Assembly: GCA_963681965.1 (NCBI GenBank)
Contig: OY820579.1
Coordinates: 2,816,001-2,880,000 of the forward strand
DNA from: a bacterium
GTDB lineage: Bacteria > Electryoneota > JAOADG01
Length of the DNA stretch: 64,000 nt
Reading direction: 5' to 3'
The notes under the pieces are model-generated. The model searched no databases and was not told the origin of the DNA. It saw only the letters and a list, made by a program, of their open reading frames with translations. The translations under genes were made by a program, and so were the position numbers. Below, piece after piece: positions 1-10,509 of this stretch. How positions within the stretch are numbered: position 1 is the stretch's first letter; each line of letters begins with the position of its first letter.

Positions 1-1410
1 GTCCAACTTTTGACCAAAACAAAAATGTTTTGTGGCTGTTCTACTGCTGTTGGAAATGTTCCAAACACACAAGTATGTCCAGTCTGCATGGCGTTACCCG
101 GAGCACTTCCGGTGCCAAATCGACAAGCAATCGAATTTGCTATTCGACTTGGATTGGCGTTTGGTTGCTCTATTCGTAACCGAACGAAATTCGATCGGAA
201 AAATTATTTCTACCCAGATCTTCCCAAAGGTTATCAAATAAGCCAATTTGATGAACCGATTTGCGAAAATGGTAAGATTACCATTGCAACAGAAACTGGA
301 CCGAAAGAAATCCGTATTCTCCGCATCCATCTGGAAGAGGATGCCGGAAAGAGCCTTCATACTGGCACCGACACGACGCTGGTCGATCTGAATCGATGCG
401 GTGTCCCATTGCTCGAAATTGTTTCGCAGCCGGATGTGCGGACACCACAAGAAGCCTATCTTTATTTATCGGAAATCAAGCGAACAGTAGAGCAACTTGA
501 AATTTCATCGGGAAATCTGGAAGAAGGGTCGATGCGTTGCGACGCCAATGTCTCGCTACGTGCTAATATTAATGCGGATTTTGGAACACGCTGCGAGATA
601 AAAAACATCAACTCGTTGAAATACGTTTCCCGCGCAATCGAAGCTGAAATCGAACGGCAGTCCGATATTTTAAACAATGGCGGTACGATTGAACAGCAAA
701 CACTGACATTTGACGAGAAATCTGGTCGGAATAAATCGCTTCGCAGCAAGGAGGAAAGTCGCGACTACCGTTATTTTCCCGAACCCGATCTTGTAAAATT
801 CACTGTTCCCGACGAATGGATTGCAGAAGTTAAGAATTTTATCCCGATGTGGAAACGCGATTACGATCGGAGAAAATCCGAATGCGATTTGAGCGATTCT
901 GAACTAGATCAACTAACGCAATTTCCCGAGTTGGGCACCTATTTCGATCGCGTAACAGAGCATTTAATCGCGCTGGATATTGATCGCGAAAACCGCAAGA
1001 AAGCTACACGCTGGGTTCTGAATGAAGCGCAAGCCCAATTCAAACTTCGAAATGAATCGCCGCTGACTTCGCGATTGTCACCTGAAATTCTAGCTCAAAT
1101 TGTTGTGAAAGTGATTAAGAACGAGATCAACAACAATACTGGCAAAGATTTACTCGAACGGATGCACACAGAGACTCGATCGCTGAATGAAATCATTGCT
1201 ACCGAAGGTTTATCGAAAGTCAGTGATACCGGATTTGTCGAGACGATTGTCCGACAAGTGATCGAAAACTTCAGTTCACAAGTGGAAGAGTATCGCAGTG
1301 GAAAAGCGAAAGTATTCGAATTTCTTCTTGGTCAGATCATGAAGTTGTCACGTGGCAAAGCCGACCCCGATACAGCACGAAAGATCTTGAAGAGTGCGTT
1401 GGATCAGTAA
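1..1410 (+). CDS. gatB: Asp/Glu-tRNA amidotransferase subunit B (5' end outside window)
   Basis: Frame open from base 1 (VQLLTKTKMFC); motifs FDRKNYFYPDLPKGYQISQ, HLEEDAGK, DLNRCGVPLLEIV, RCDANVS, DYRYFPEPDL. Confidence 0.98.
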   Translation, partial: VQLLTKTKMFCGCSTAVGNVPNTQVCPVCMALPGALPVPNRQAIEFAIRLGLAFGCSIRNRTKFDRKNYFYPDLPKGYQISQFDEPICENGKITIATETGPKEIRILRIHLEEDAGKSLHTGTDTTLVDLNRCGVPLLEIVSQPDVRTPQEAYLYLSEIKRTVEQLEISSGNLEEGSMRCDANVSLRANINADFGTRCEIKNINSLKYVSRAIEAEIERQSDILNNGGTIEQQTLTFDEKSGRNKSLRSKEESRDYRYFPEPDLVKFTVPDEWIAEVKNFIPMWKRDYDRRKSECDLSDSELDQLTQFPELGTYFDRVTEHLIALDIDRENRKKATRWVLNEAQAQFKLRNESPLTSRLSPEILAQIVVKVIKNEINNNTGKDLLERMHTETRSLNEIIATEGLSKVSDTGFVETIVRQVIENFSSQVEEYRSGKAKVFEFLLGQIMKLSRGKADPDTARKILKSALDQ

Positions 1411-3103
1411 AGTAGCGATATTTATTATCTTGCTTACCTTTGCCGGTAATGCAATCGCTTTAGACTATAAAGCGATCTTTTGGCACGCCAATAGCGCTTC
1501 CGATACTATTCTGGTAGAACGAATCGCAACGAGTATTGCCGAAAAATTGTATGAACGCGGGATACTGATTTCACCGGATTCGATTCGATCGATTTGTGGC
1601 GAGTCTGTTTTCGACGCAACGAGCAATGCTCGTGAACAATTTTTTCAAAAATTTCGAACTGCCACACGAATCGATATTATGGTTCGAAGGTTTGGTGGTT
1701 CGGTTAGTGCAACAGCTTACTCAACTAATCTTCAAACCTCCGATTCACTTCGAATATTTTATCCGGGTACTACAATTGAAGTTTCCGATTGGATTGAATT
1801 TCAACTTACGAAATGGATATTGCCTAGCTATTCGGTACAAACTTCCAATTTAAAGGCAAGACTGGAAGTCGACGGTTTACCTCTAGGTGCCGAGATTTAC
1901 ATCGACGGAAAACCCACTGGATCAAGAATCCCAGCACGATTCGATTCGATCGATGCAGGCATACATCTCGTCGAAATCGTCGGCAAAAATGTTGCTGCAT
2001 CAAAAGTGAATTGTTATCCGAATACAATTGCCGGTGTTCAATTAAAAGGACGTGAAGTAAAAGCGTTGTTGGAAATATTAACAAATCCACCGGGACTGAA
2101 TGTTGCCATCGACGATGTAAATAGTGGCGCAACTCCGTATTTGCGGGAATCACCAGCCGGCAGCTATAGTATCACTGTTGGTGGCGGTGAACACGAAGAA
2201 TTAGTTCGATTGGTTGATATTGTTGAACACGAATGGCGGGTCATTAATCTAACACCAAGAATTATGAATCGGGTTGTCGTGGTTACCACTCCTCCCGGCG
2301 CGGTATTGTATAATGGTCCGGTTCGAGTAGGTACTTCAGGCGATACATTGACATGTTCTCCCGAAGGTGAAGATTGGACAGCCGATCATCCCTATGCTTA
2401 TCCTGCGCCAATTCATGTGAAAGGGGAGCCGAGAAAAATTTCTTTTCTCGAAGTCAGACTACCTCCGGCACATTCATTTCTCTGGTTGAAGAATTGGTAT
2501 CATTTATCTCATCTTACAATCGATGAAAGCGAAATCGCCGTTACTCGACCGGATAGTCAATCTATTCCCGCCGGAAAGCACGAAGTCGCGATCCTTACAC
2601 CTGGTTTTAAAACCCGAAAGTTTCCAATCGATTTGCAGCGTGGTGCGTTAGAATCGATCGAAGCCCAACCGATACCTTCTCCAAGTTGGAAAGCAGCCGC
2701 AATGTCATTAGTGGTTCCGGGACTAGGTCAATTTGCCGACGGTAATCGTATTCGGGGGGCTGCATTTCTAGTTGCAGCTATTATATCCAGTTCTGGTTGG
2801 AGACAGGCTGATCGATCATTGGTAGATCGCATCAATCAAGCACAAAGTGCCGATAGAAATTATTATAAAGCATTGTCGACTTCGACTGCAATTCAATGGC
2901 ATCAGATCGCCGATAGTCGGTGGAGTAGCGCATCGCAACAATCGAATAAACGCAATCTTTGGGCGTCATCGGCTATTGCAATCTGGGGACTAGCAGCATT
3001 GGATCGAATCGTTTTCCCAACACGCGAATTAAAACCAGCCGATTTTCCAGCAGGTTCCGGTATTCGTGTCGAATTTCCTATACCAGGGCGGAAAATCAAA
3101 TGA
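1394..3103 (+). CDS. Secreted PEGA-domain protein
   Basis: Signal peptide; repeated PEGA-like motifs (PLGAEIYIDGK, TNPPGLNVAID, TTPPGAVLY); C-terminal SLVVPGLGQF hydrophobic module. Confidence 0.75.
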   Translation: MRWISKVAIFIILLTFAGNAIALDYKAIFWHANSASDTILVERIATSIAEKLYERGILISPDSIRSICGESVFDATSNAREQFFQKFRTATRIDIMVRRFGGSVSATAYSTNLQTSDSLRIFYPGTTIEVSDWIEFQLTKWILPSYSVQTSNLKARLEVDGLPLGAEIYIDGKPTGSRIPARFDSIDAGIHLVEIVGKNVAASKVNCYPNTIAGVQLKGREVKALLEILTNPPGLNVAIDDVNSGATPYLRESPAGSYSITVGGGEHEELVRLVDIVEHEWRVINLTPRIMNRVVVVTTPPGAVLYNGPVRVGTSGDTLTCSPEGEDWTADHPYAYPAPIHVKGEPRKISFLEVRLPPAHSFLWLKNWYHLSHLTIDESEIAVTRPDSQSIPAGKHEVAILTPGFKTRKFPIDLQRGALESIEAQPIPSPSWKAAAMSLVVPGLGQFADGNRIRGAAFLVAAIISSSGWRQADRSLVDRINQAQSADRNYYKALSTSTAIQWHQIADSRWSSASQQSNKRNLWASSAIAIWGLAALDRIVFPTRELKPADFPAGSGIRVEFPIPGRKIK

Positions 3104-5094
3104 AACCAATGAGATTCATTTTATTTATTCTGCTAACAATCGGTATTATGCTGATCCAGTGTACGAAGCTACCTGACCGATCATCAGTATATAATCCATT
3201 TGAAAATGGATCGGAAAATATCTTTCAACCGAGCGTCACTCTTTCAGATGGCGGTGCTTTAATTAGGTGGCAGCGCCCGACAATTGATTTTGAGCGAATA
3301 TTAATTTATCGAGGCGAAAGCCCGATGCTTGACAGTATGCGATTATTGGGTTGGTATCCAATCGATTCGACACGATTTATCGATCGATCGATCATTGATG
3401 GAAATATCTACTATTATGCACTGGTAGGTGAAAATTCCAATGGTCGTACTCATGTCAGTCCATCTATCGCACTTAGATTGTTTCTTCCCATTATCGCGAT
3501 CGATGGCGATAGCAGTTTTACGTATGAGCGAACTGTAGGATTGACAATTATTGCATCGCGTGCGCGATCGATGTGGATTGGCGGGTCCCCAACTGATCCA
3601 AATGCCAGTTGGCAAATGCTCCAGCGCAATGTCCGATATACACTTTCCAATGGTCGCGGGAAGAAGTATATCTACGTAAAATTGGCATTCGTCACAGGTG
3701 ATACTTCCGAATTTATTACCGATTCGATAACTACTGTTCCAGTCACAGGTAGATTTGTTACTACCGATACGGCGCATTATGTAAATTACAATCGAATCAT
3801 TCTGAATATTACGGCATCTGGTGCAACCAAGATGCGGTTCTCAAACGATCCGAATTTTGTTAATGTTCCATTTAAATCATTTGCGACTCGGGACACTTTC
3901 TATTTGAGTGATCCCGACGGATCGAAGCGAATTTTCGGACAATTCGACAATAACTTCGGCGAACCGGTTAATTCCGATACATCGTTACAATTAATATTGG
4001 ATCGGTATGCACATATTAACTCGCTGACAGAGAACTCGAACGGTCGGGCACTGGCTCTTCAACAATCTGTTGCGGTGCGCATGGATGTGGGGGAAATCGG
4101 GGGTAACGCTTGGATACGGATGATCGATTCGCTGGGGAATCGACGCGATAGTATTCCGCTTTACGACCCGCAGAACACCGGAGTTTATACAACTATATAT
4201 CCTGTTTGGTTCGGTCACAATATTTATCGGGGTTACTTAATTGGTAATTACAGCGATCTGGCAGGAAATAATGCGGAAGACACTGCTGGCACAAGGATTA
4301 CAATCAGTCTTGCCAACGATGAAATGGTGCCATTAGCAGGTGGTACATTCATCATGGGTAGCGTCACCGGAACCGATGAAGAACGACCACCGCATTTTGT
4401 TTCGATATCACCATTTCAACTTGATCGATATGAAATCACCAATCGAACATTTGCCATATTTTTGTCATCCGGAACGGGAAATATTCGATACTGGCACCCT
4501 AGTATGAAGATCAGTCGATCTGGCAATACGTGTACTGCGATGCCACAATTCGAAAACCATCCCGTTCGGTTTGTTAGTTATGAAGCTGCTACGGCTTATG
4601 CACAATGGATTGGAAAGCGACTTCCAACCGAAGCTGAGTGGGAATTTGCCGCTCGAGGATCAGCCAACCGAGTTTACCCGTGGGGGAATAGCAGCAATAT
4701 CGGTCGACAAGTGAACGGACACCCTTCCCTCATCACTACACCGCGACCGGATTATTCAATTCGAATCGATTCGACAACTACACCAGTTGGTTTCTACGAT
4801 GGTAATCTAAATCAAAATTATCAAACGAATAATGGTGCTACACCTGAAGGAATTCACGATCTAGCGGGTAATGTCGAGGAGTGGGTTAGCGATTGGTATG
4901 ATTTCTCTTATTATGCCACTTCACCATCCGACAACCCTCGTGGACCAGAAACCGGCGATTACCGTATCGTTCGCGGTGGAAGTTATTTCAATGGCTCATT
5001 CGATCTAAGATCCTCAAAACGTGTTGCGACAATTCCTTCTGCGCAATTTGAAACAATCGGTTTTCGTTGTGCCACATCACGGACGGCAAAATAA
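3100..5094 (+). CDS. Probable lipoprotein with C-terminal FGE-sulfatase (SUMF1/C-type lectin fold) domain
   Basis: ATG 3100 overlaps upstream TGA (ATGA); signal peptide ending LIQC; RLPTEAEWEFAARG, YPWG, DLAGNVEEW, RGGS..IGFRC motifs. Confidence 0.85.
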   Translation: MKPMRFILFILLTIGIMLIQCTKLPDRSSVYNPFENGSENIFQPSVTLSDGGALIRWQRPTIDFERILIYRGESPMLDSMRLLGWYPIDSTRFIDRSIIDGNIYYYALVGENSNGRTHVSPSIALRLFLPIIAIDGDSSFTYERTVGLTIIASRARSMWIGGSPTDPNASWQMLQRNVRYTLSNGRGKKYIYVKLAFVTGDTSEFITDSITTVPVTGRFVTTDTAHYVNYNRIILNITASGATKMRFSNDPNFVNVPFKSFATRDTFYLSDPDGSKRIFGQFDNNFGEPVNSDTSLQLILDRYAHINSLTENSNGRALALQQSVAVRMDVGEIGGNAWIRMIDSLGNRRDSIPLYDPQNTGVYTTIYPVWFGHNIYRGYLIGNYSDLAGNNAEDTAGTRITISLANDEMVPLAGGTFIMGSVTGTDEERPPHFVSISPFQLDRYEITNRTFAIFLSSGTGNIRYWHPSMKISRSGNTCTAMPQFENHPVRFVSYEAATAYAQWIGKRLPTEAEWEFAARGSANRVYPWGNSSNIGRQVNGHPSLITTPRPDYSIRIDSTTTPVGFYDGNLNQNYQTNNGATPEGIHDLAGNVEEWVSDWYDFSYYATSPSDNPRGPETGDYRIVRGGSYFNGSFDLRSSKRVATIPSAQFETIGFRCATSRTAK

Positions 5095-8000
5095 TGATCT
5101 GGGAATTACACGAAGTTCGCATGGTGGGCTTTAAATCGTTTTCACGTCGTACAAAAGTGGGACTTGGAAAAGGTTTAACGGCAATAGTTGGTTCCAATGG
5201 CTGCGGAAAGACCAATATTGCCGATGCCGTTCGCTTTGCGTTAGGCGAAATGCGACCACACCAACTCCGTGTAGAAAATCTTGAAGATGTAATCTTTGCT
5301 GGAACTGCCAATGCAACCCCAGTAGTTGTTGCAGAAGTAACGTTGACTTTTGTCGATCGTGAATCTGACGGTGTCTTTACGATTACCCGTCGCTTGACTC
5401 GAGGTGGTGATACTGAGTACCGAATCGATGGACAACCCGCACGATTAAAGGATCTGCAGCGGAAATTGGAGCAGATCGGAATCGTTTCACAACGCGGTGT
5501 AGTGGTCGAACTGCGACATATGGACGAAGTTCTGATTGACGGTAGTAAACTTCCCCGACTCATGGTCGAAGAAGGGTGCGGAATTGCACCTTTTCTAGAG
5601 CGGCGCAATCATGCCCAATCTAAACTGGATGATGCACTTCGCTCGCTTGAACTGTTAGAACCACGCATTCAACAGATCAATTTAGATCTCGAACGTCTTG
5701 CACAACAAGCACAGCGAGCCAAACGATGGCGAAATACCCGGGATGCGCTCGACCGGGCACGCAACAGCGAGCAGTGGGGGGAAGTGCGCCGCCTTCGAAC
5801 CGAAATCGATTCACTGACAACAAACCTCGAACAACTTCGTGCCGATAATTCCTCCGAAAGCGAATTAGTTCAAGTACAAGCCGATATTGCTCAGACTGAA
5901 GAAGCTTATCAATCGATTCAAAATAATTGGGAAACTATTACTGACGAGCTGTTTGCATTGGGAACCACTCGTGAATCGGCAGCACTCAAGATTAAAGAAT
6001 TCGAATTAAGACGAGTAAAAAACGAAACTCTGATAGAGACTTCGAAGGAAGATTTAAAGCGCATTGATGCCGAATTGTTGGAAATTTCCGAAGAAAAACC
6101 AAATACCCTTATAGAAGAAATTGATCGCGCTAGTAAAGAGCTGAATCGAATCTCGACCGATTTATTGGAGCGTGAAGAATCCTATCGATTGTTATCTAAA
6201 GAACACGAAAATAATCAAAAACTGAAAAATGAATTCGAACAAAACCGTTTTCGAGTACAGAGCACAATCCAAACACTAATCGATTCACGAAATCGACTTT
6301 CGAATCAAATCAACGATCTGTCTCCATTACCAGTCCAAGATCCTGCAATAGGAACTGAGCTAGAACACTTAATTACCGAAAAATTGCAGGAAGAAAAGGA
6401 ATTTCAACTCCTAGCTGATCGACAGAAAACTGCTGTTGCATTACTTGATGAACAGCACCAGTTGTTGATGACAGATTTAGCCAATGTGCGTGGTGATAAA
6501 GGAAGGCAAGAACGTGAGATTCTCTGGATTGAACGAATGCTTGCCGATCGTCCCGACCTATCACAGGAACTGCGTGAATTTATCAAGAAACATGCCCGCG
6601 AAATCCAATTGATTCGAGACGAAGGTAACGACAATGCGATGCTGTTGTATCAAATTGCTTCAACCGATCGCATTATGTTACCGGAAAATCAAGTTTCGGC
6701 AATCTTAACCGATGCTTTAAAGCATAAATTCCGATGTGAATGGGCGATCAACACGGAAACGAAGCTCGTTGAGTTATCGCGATTGCTTCAAGAGAATCCC
6801 CCTCCCGGTGTGGAATGGATTGCTAGTGAAGGTGTTACCCGGGATGCCTCAGGCATTCTTCGAACGATCGGTGATGAAGAAAGCAGTGTTCCAGTTGGTT
6901 TACCAAAGCAATTGTCCTTGTTAAAAGAGAAATTAGCATCTTTACTTCAAAATGAACAAAGAAATGTTGACGAGTTAGCAACCGTATCAGAAAAATTGAA
7001 GGTTGCTCGGGACGATTATCGACTGGCAATCGATCAAATTGCGAAATCGACCATCAAACGATCTGAATTGGAACACCAATTAGTACAATTTCGAGCACAA
7101 GTTGCCGAAACGAATAATAGAAATCTTCTAAGACGTGCCGAACAAGAGCGACTAACCAAAGAAATCAATGATATATCCAGTCAGATCGAGAATTTAAAAT
7201 CCGAAGAAGCTATACTGGTTGCACCAGATTTTCCCGATCTAGTACCGACGTTAACGGATGCTGCAACTCTGATCGAAAATTTAAGAGACGAGAAGAATAA
7301 AACGGAGTATACGCTACATCGTCTGCAAATCGAGTTACGCAATTATGAAATTATTCTGGATCAACGAAAACAAAAACAAAAATTACTTATCCAGCGGCAG
7401 CTCGACAATCGCAAGAAAATTTCAGAGCTATCATCGGAAACTGAAACAATTCAACTTCAGTGGCAGAACACTCGAACAGAATTGACTGTGCTTGAACGGA
7501 AGGAAGCAGAACTTCAAGAACAACGAAACCAAATTGGACCATCGAGAAATCAAATTTCAGAAAAGCTGCAATCGACTCGAGTCAATTTGGAGATAATCAG
7601 AAATCGTGTGGAAGAGTGGCATACTCAGATTGCTCTTCATTCTGAGAAGTTGGTTCAATTGCAATCACAACTGACTGACCGAACACGATCGGCAAATGAA
7701 ACTGGACCGGAACCGAAAGAAACCGTCCGAGTTGGAGCCGAAGAGATTACGCGCCTTGAGCAGCGATTGAAATCATTGGAACCAGTCAATCACTTAGCTG
7801 AACAAGAATACGATACTTTGAAATCCGAAGTAGAGTTTCTTCATACCGAACGCAATCAGATTCGTGAAGCTGCAGAAATTCACCGTAAATCGGTCGATGA
7901 AGCAATTCGGTTTGCTGTCGAAAAGCTTACCGTGGCTAGAGTGCAGATTGAACAGAATTTTACCGATATCATCGCCCGATTGTTTCCGGGTGGCGAAGCT

Positions 8001-8384
8001 GCATTAGAGTGGGGAGAAGGTGATATTTTGACAGATGCCCCTCTCTTGCTGAAAGTATCTCCCAGAGGAAAGCGAATTCGATCGTTACGAATACTCTCCG
8101 GCGGTGAACGGGCTTTAGTTGCTTTGGCTTTTCTGGTAGCGGTACTGGGACAGAACCGCGCGCTTCCATTTCTTATCCTGGATGAAGTAGATGCCCCGTT
8201 GGATGAAGAGAATACTGTCCGTTTTTTACATTGGGTAAAAGATTTAACTGCAACCACGCAAGTCGTTTTACTCACTCACAATAGACAATCGATCGCTGCA
8301 TCGGATACATGGGTTGGCGTCACAATGCCCGAGCCGGGAATCTCGCAAACTGTGAAAGTAATCCCCGCCTTGGAGGAAACATGA
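5094..8384 (+). CDS. smc: SMC-family chromosome segregation ATPase (divergent)
   Basis: GFKSF, Walker A GSNGCGKTN, long coiled coils, LSGGE signature, Walker B LILDEVDAPLD, H-loop LTH; ATG 5094 overlaps upstream TAA. Confidence 0.85.
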   Translation: MIWELHEVRMVGFKSFSRRTKVGLGKGLTAIVGSNGCGKTNIADAVRFALGEMRPHQLRVENLEDVIFAGTANATPVVVAEVTLTFVDRESDGVFTITRRLTRGGDTEYRIDGQPARLKDLQRKLEQIGIVSQRGVVVELRHMDEVLIDGSKLPRLMVEEGCGIAPFLERRNHAQSKLDDALRSLELLEPRIQQINLDLERLAQQAQRAKRWRNTRDALDRARNSEQWGEVRRLRTEIDSLTTNLEQLRADNSSESELVQVQADIAQTEEAYQSIQNNWETITDELFALGTTRESAALKIKEFELRRVKNETLIETSKEDLKRIDAELLEISEEKPNTLIEEIDRASKELNRISTDLLEREESYRLLSKEHENNQKLKNEFEQNRFRVQSTIQTLIDSRNRLSNQINDLSPLPVQDPAIGTELEHLITEKLQEEKEFQLLADRQKTAVALLDEQHQLLMTDLANVRGDKGRQEREILWIERMLADRPDLSQELREFIKKHAREIQLIRDEGNDNAMLLYQIASTDRIMLPENQVSAILTDALKHKFRCEWAINTETKLVELSRLLQENPPPGVEWIASEGVTRDASGILRTIGDEESSVPVGLPKQLSLLKEKLASLLQNEQRNVDELATVSEKLKVARDDYRLAIDQIAKSTIKRSELEHQLVQFRAQVAETNNRNLLRRAEQERLTKEINDISSQIENLKSEEAILVAPDFPDLVPTLTDAATLIENLRDEKNKTEYTLHRLQIELRNYEIILDQRKQKQKLLIQRQLDNRKKISELSSETETIQLQWQNTRTELTVLERKEAELQEQRNQIGPSRNQISEKLQSTRVNLEIIRNRVEEWHTQIALHSEKLVQLQSQLTDRTRSANETGPEPKETVRVGAEEITRLEQRLKSLEPVNHLAEQEYDTLKSEVEFLHTERNQIREAAEIHRKSVDEAIRFAVEKLTVARVQIEQNFTDIIARLFPGGEAALEWGEGDILTDAPLLLKVSPRGKRIRSLRILSGGERALVALAFLVAVLGQNRALPFLILDEVDAPLDEENTVRFLHWVKDLTATTQVVLLTHNRQSIAASDTWVGVTMPEPGISQTVKVIPALEET

Positions 8385-9757
8385 AACATCAATTGATGGT
8401 ATTTTTCCTGATTTGTGCATCAGTGGGAAGTCTTTACTCGATTTCACAGGCTGAATCGATGCCTCGAATGCGTCTTGATACGGTTCGGTTCATCGAGCCT
8501 GACGGACAGACTAGGTTGGACATCCCATTGAGTATCTTCCGTGCTCGATTGTATTATCGAACCGACTCTAGTGGAAATCGGTTTACTAGTTACCGATTCC
8601 GCGTTCGAGCGTATCAAGATACTTCAATCGTCTTTCAGGAAATCTGGGATCGAATTCACCGACCCGGAATTAACGAAAATACTGCAAAAGGAATCATCCC
8701 CGATCTGGCATCGGTTGTGCTTCCTAATGGTAGTTATCGGGTTGAAGTCGAACTGACAGATTCATTAGGGCACTTCCGGGAACGAAAAGTATTCGACTCA
8801 CTGCGATTTGATTCCACCACTCGTTTTTCAATATCCGGTTTGCAAGTCTGCTCAGAAATTTCACCTGATTCTTCGGTCGATGAATTCCGGCGTAACGGTT
8901 ATTTGTTGGTTCCATATGCCGAGAAAGTATTCGGAAAAGCATTTCCCATCCTCTACTTGTACTGGGAACAATACAATCAAAAACCCGATTCGCTCTGTCG
9001 ATATCAGATCTCGGTGCTTTCCAGTCGATCGCAAACACCGGTTAAGCCTACTGTGACCCGTGAAAAAGTGATCGTAGCCAATCGCACATTCAATGTGGAG
9101 GCACTTCGGATTCACGATTTACCGACTGGATCTTTTTTGGTTAAAGTGAATTCTCAAGCATTTCCTTCGGGTCGGATCGATTCAAGTTTTTCGCGGTTCT
9201 TCATCTATTCCGATAGTATTTCACCGCTAGCACGCAGTCAGAAACCAGTGCAACCAGCATACAATCCAGCAATCATCCTGCTTAGCGATATTCACTATAT
9301 CGCCGATCAATCAATTTTAGATGCTGTTGCAAAATTAACACCGGAAGAACAACGCACTTGGGCTGTTAATTTTTGGCGAGACCGCGACCCGACTCCGAGT
9401 ACTCCCTACAATGAGTCAATGGAACAATATCGTACGCGCCTTGAAACTGTAGAGACTTATACCTATCGCGATAAACCGGGTTGGCAAACCGATCGCGGTC
9501 GAGTCATGTTGTTCTATGGACCACCGGATGATATCACCGATAATGCATTCGAGAGTTCGATCACAACGGAAGAATCCAACAAAGTTACTGGAAGTAATCG
9601 TCCTTATATCGTTTGGAAATACAACAATATCGGTGGTGGCGCATTTTTTGTCTTTGGCGACCTTAGATTATTCGGTGATTACGAATTACTTCATAGCACC
9701 ATGCCCGGCGAACGTCAGGATGAATCCTGGTATCGTCGGTTGCGGGGCGTAAAATAG
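8381..9757 (+). CDS. GWxTD domain protein
   Basis: GGAGG RBS before ATG 8381; FWRDRDPTP..NE and GWQTDRGRV..YGPP motifs. Confidence 0.9.
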   Translation: MKHQLMVFFLICASVGSLYSISQAESMPRMRLDTVRFIEPDGQTRLDIPLSIFRARLYYRTDSSGNRFTSYRFRVRAYQDTSIVFQEIWDRIHRPGINENTAKGIIPDLASVVLPNGSYRVEVELTDSLGHFRERKVFDSLRFDSTTRFSISGLQVCSEISPDSSVDEFRRNGYLLVPYAEKVFGKAFPILYLYWEQYNQKPDSLCRYQISVLSSRSQTPVKPTVTREKVIVANRTFNVEALRIHDLPTGSFLVKVNSQAFPSGRIDSSFSRFFIYSDSISPLARSQKPVQPAYNPAIILLSDIHYIADQSILDAVAKLTPEEQRTWAVNFWRDRDPTPSTPYNESMEQYRTRLETVETYTYRDKPGWQTDRGRVMLFYGPPDDITDNAFESSITTEESNKVTGSNRPYIVWKYNNIGGGAFFVFGDLRLFGDYELLHSTMPGERQDESWYRRLRGVK

Positions 9758-9766
9758 GATCGAACC

Positions 9767-10501
9767 GTGGCAATTGTTGATATACAGCGACTCACGAAGA
9801 TCTATCCCGATCGCAAAAAGCCTGTTACTGCGCTTCAGGATGTGACATTTAAAATCAATGAAAGTGAAATTGTCGGTTTGTTGGGTGTAAACGGTGCCGG
9901 CAAAACCACTTGTCTCCGCATCATTGCGACAATGCTTCAACCAACTTCCGGTGAAGTTACTGTTGCTGGTTTTTCGGTTGCTACGCACCCGAACGATGTA
10001 CGGAAACAGATCGGCTTCATGACCAGTACTACCGGTTTATACCCACGTCTAACGGGTCGTGAAATCTTGTCATATTTCGGTCGTTTACATGAATTGTCGG
10101 ATTCTGACTTGAAACGGCGAATTGATGAAGTCGTCAATGAATTTCAATTATCCGAATTTATCGATCGGAAATGTGATAAGCTGTCAACTGGACAGAAACA
10201 ACGCATAAATGTTGCCAGAACGTCACTCCATCGACCGAAATTGCTGGTTATGGACGAACCGACTGCGGGTCTCGACGTGCTCGGTGCCCGCACGATTGTC
10301 GATTTCGTCAGGACTTCGAAATCTTTAGGGCAATCAGTGCTATTCTCGACACACCGGATGGAAGAAGCCGAAGCGCTATGCGATCGAATCGTGGTGATTC
10401 ATCGCGGACGTGTTGTATCCGACGGTACGATCAATGAATTACGGCAACGAACCGGTAAAAATGAACTTCAACATCTCTTTTTGTCTATCATCGGTGAATA
10501 G
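9767..10501 (+). CDS. natA: ABC transporter ATP-binding protein, NatA-like
   Basis: GVNGAGKTT, LSTGQKQR, MDEPT, FSTH; adjacent NatB-like permease. Confidence 0.8.
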   Translation: MAIVDIQRLTKIYPDRKKPVTALQDVTFKINESEIVGLLGVNGAGKTTCLRIIATMLQPTSGEVTVAGFSVATHPNDVRKQIGFMTSTTGLYPRLTGREILSYFGRLHELSDSDLKRRIDEVVNEFQLSEFIDRKCDKLSTGQKQRINVARTSLHRPKLLVMDEPTAGLDVLGARTIVDFVRTSKSLGQSVLFSTHRMEEAEALCDRIVVIHRGRVVSDGTINELRQRTGKNELQHLFLSIIGE

Positions 10502-10509
10502 GAGCCACA

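Noticed and set aside
4960-5075. FGE-sulfatase C-terminus as a DGR variable region
   Set aside because: No template repeat or reverse transcriptase seen in the window
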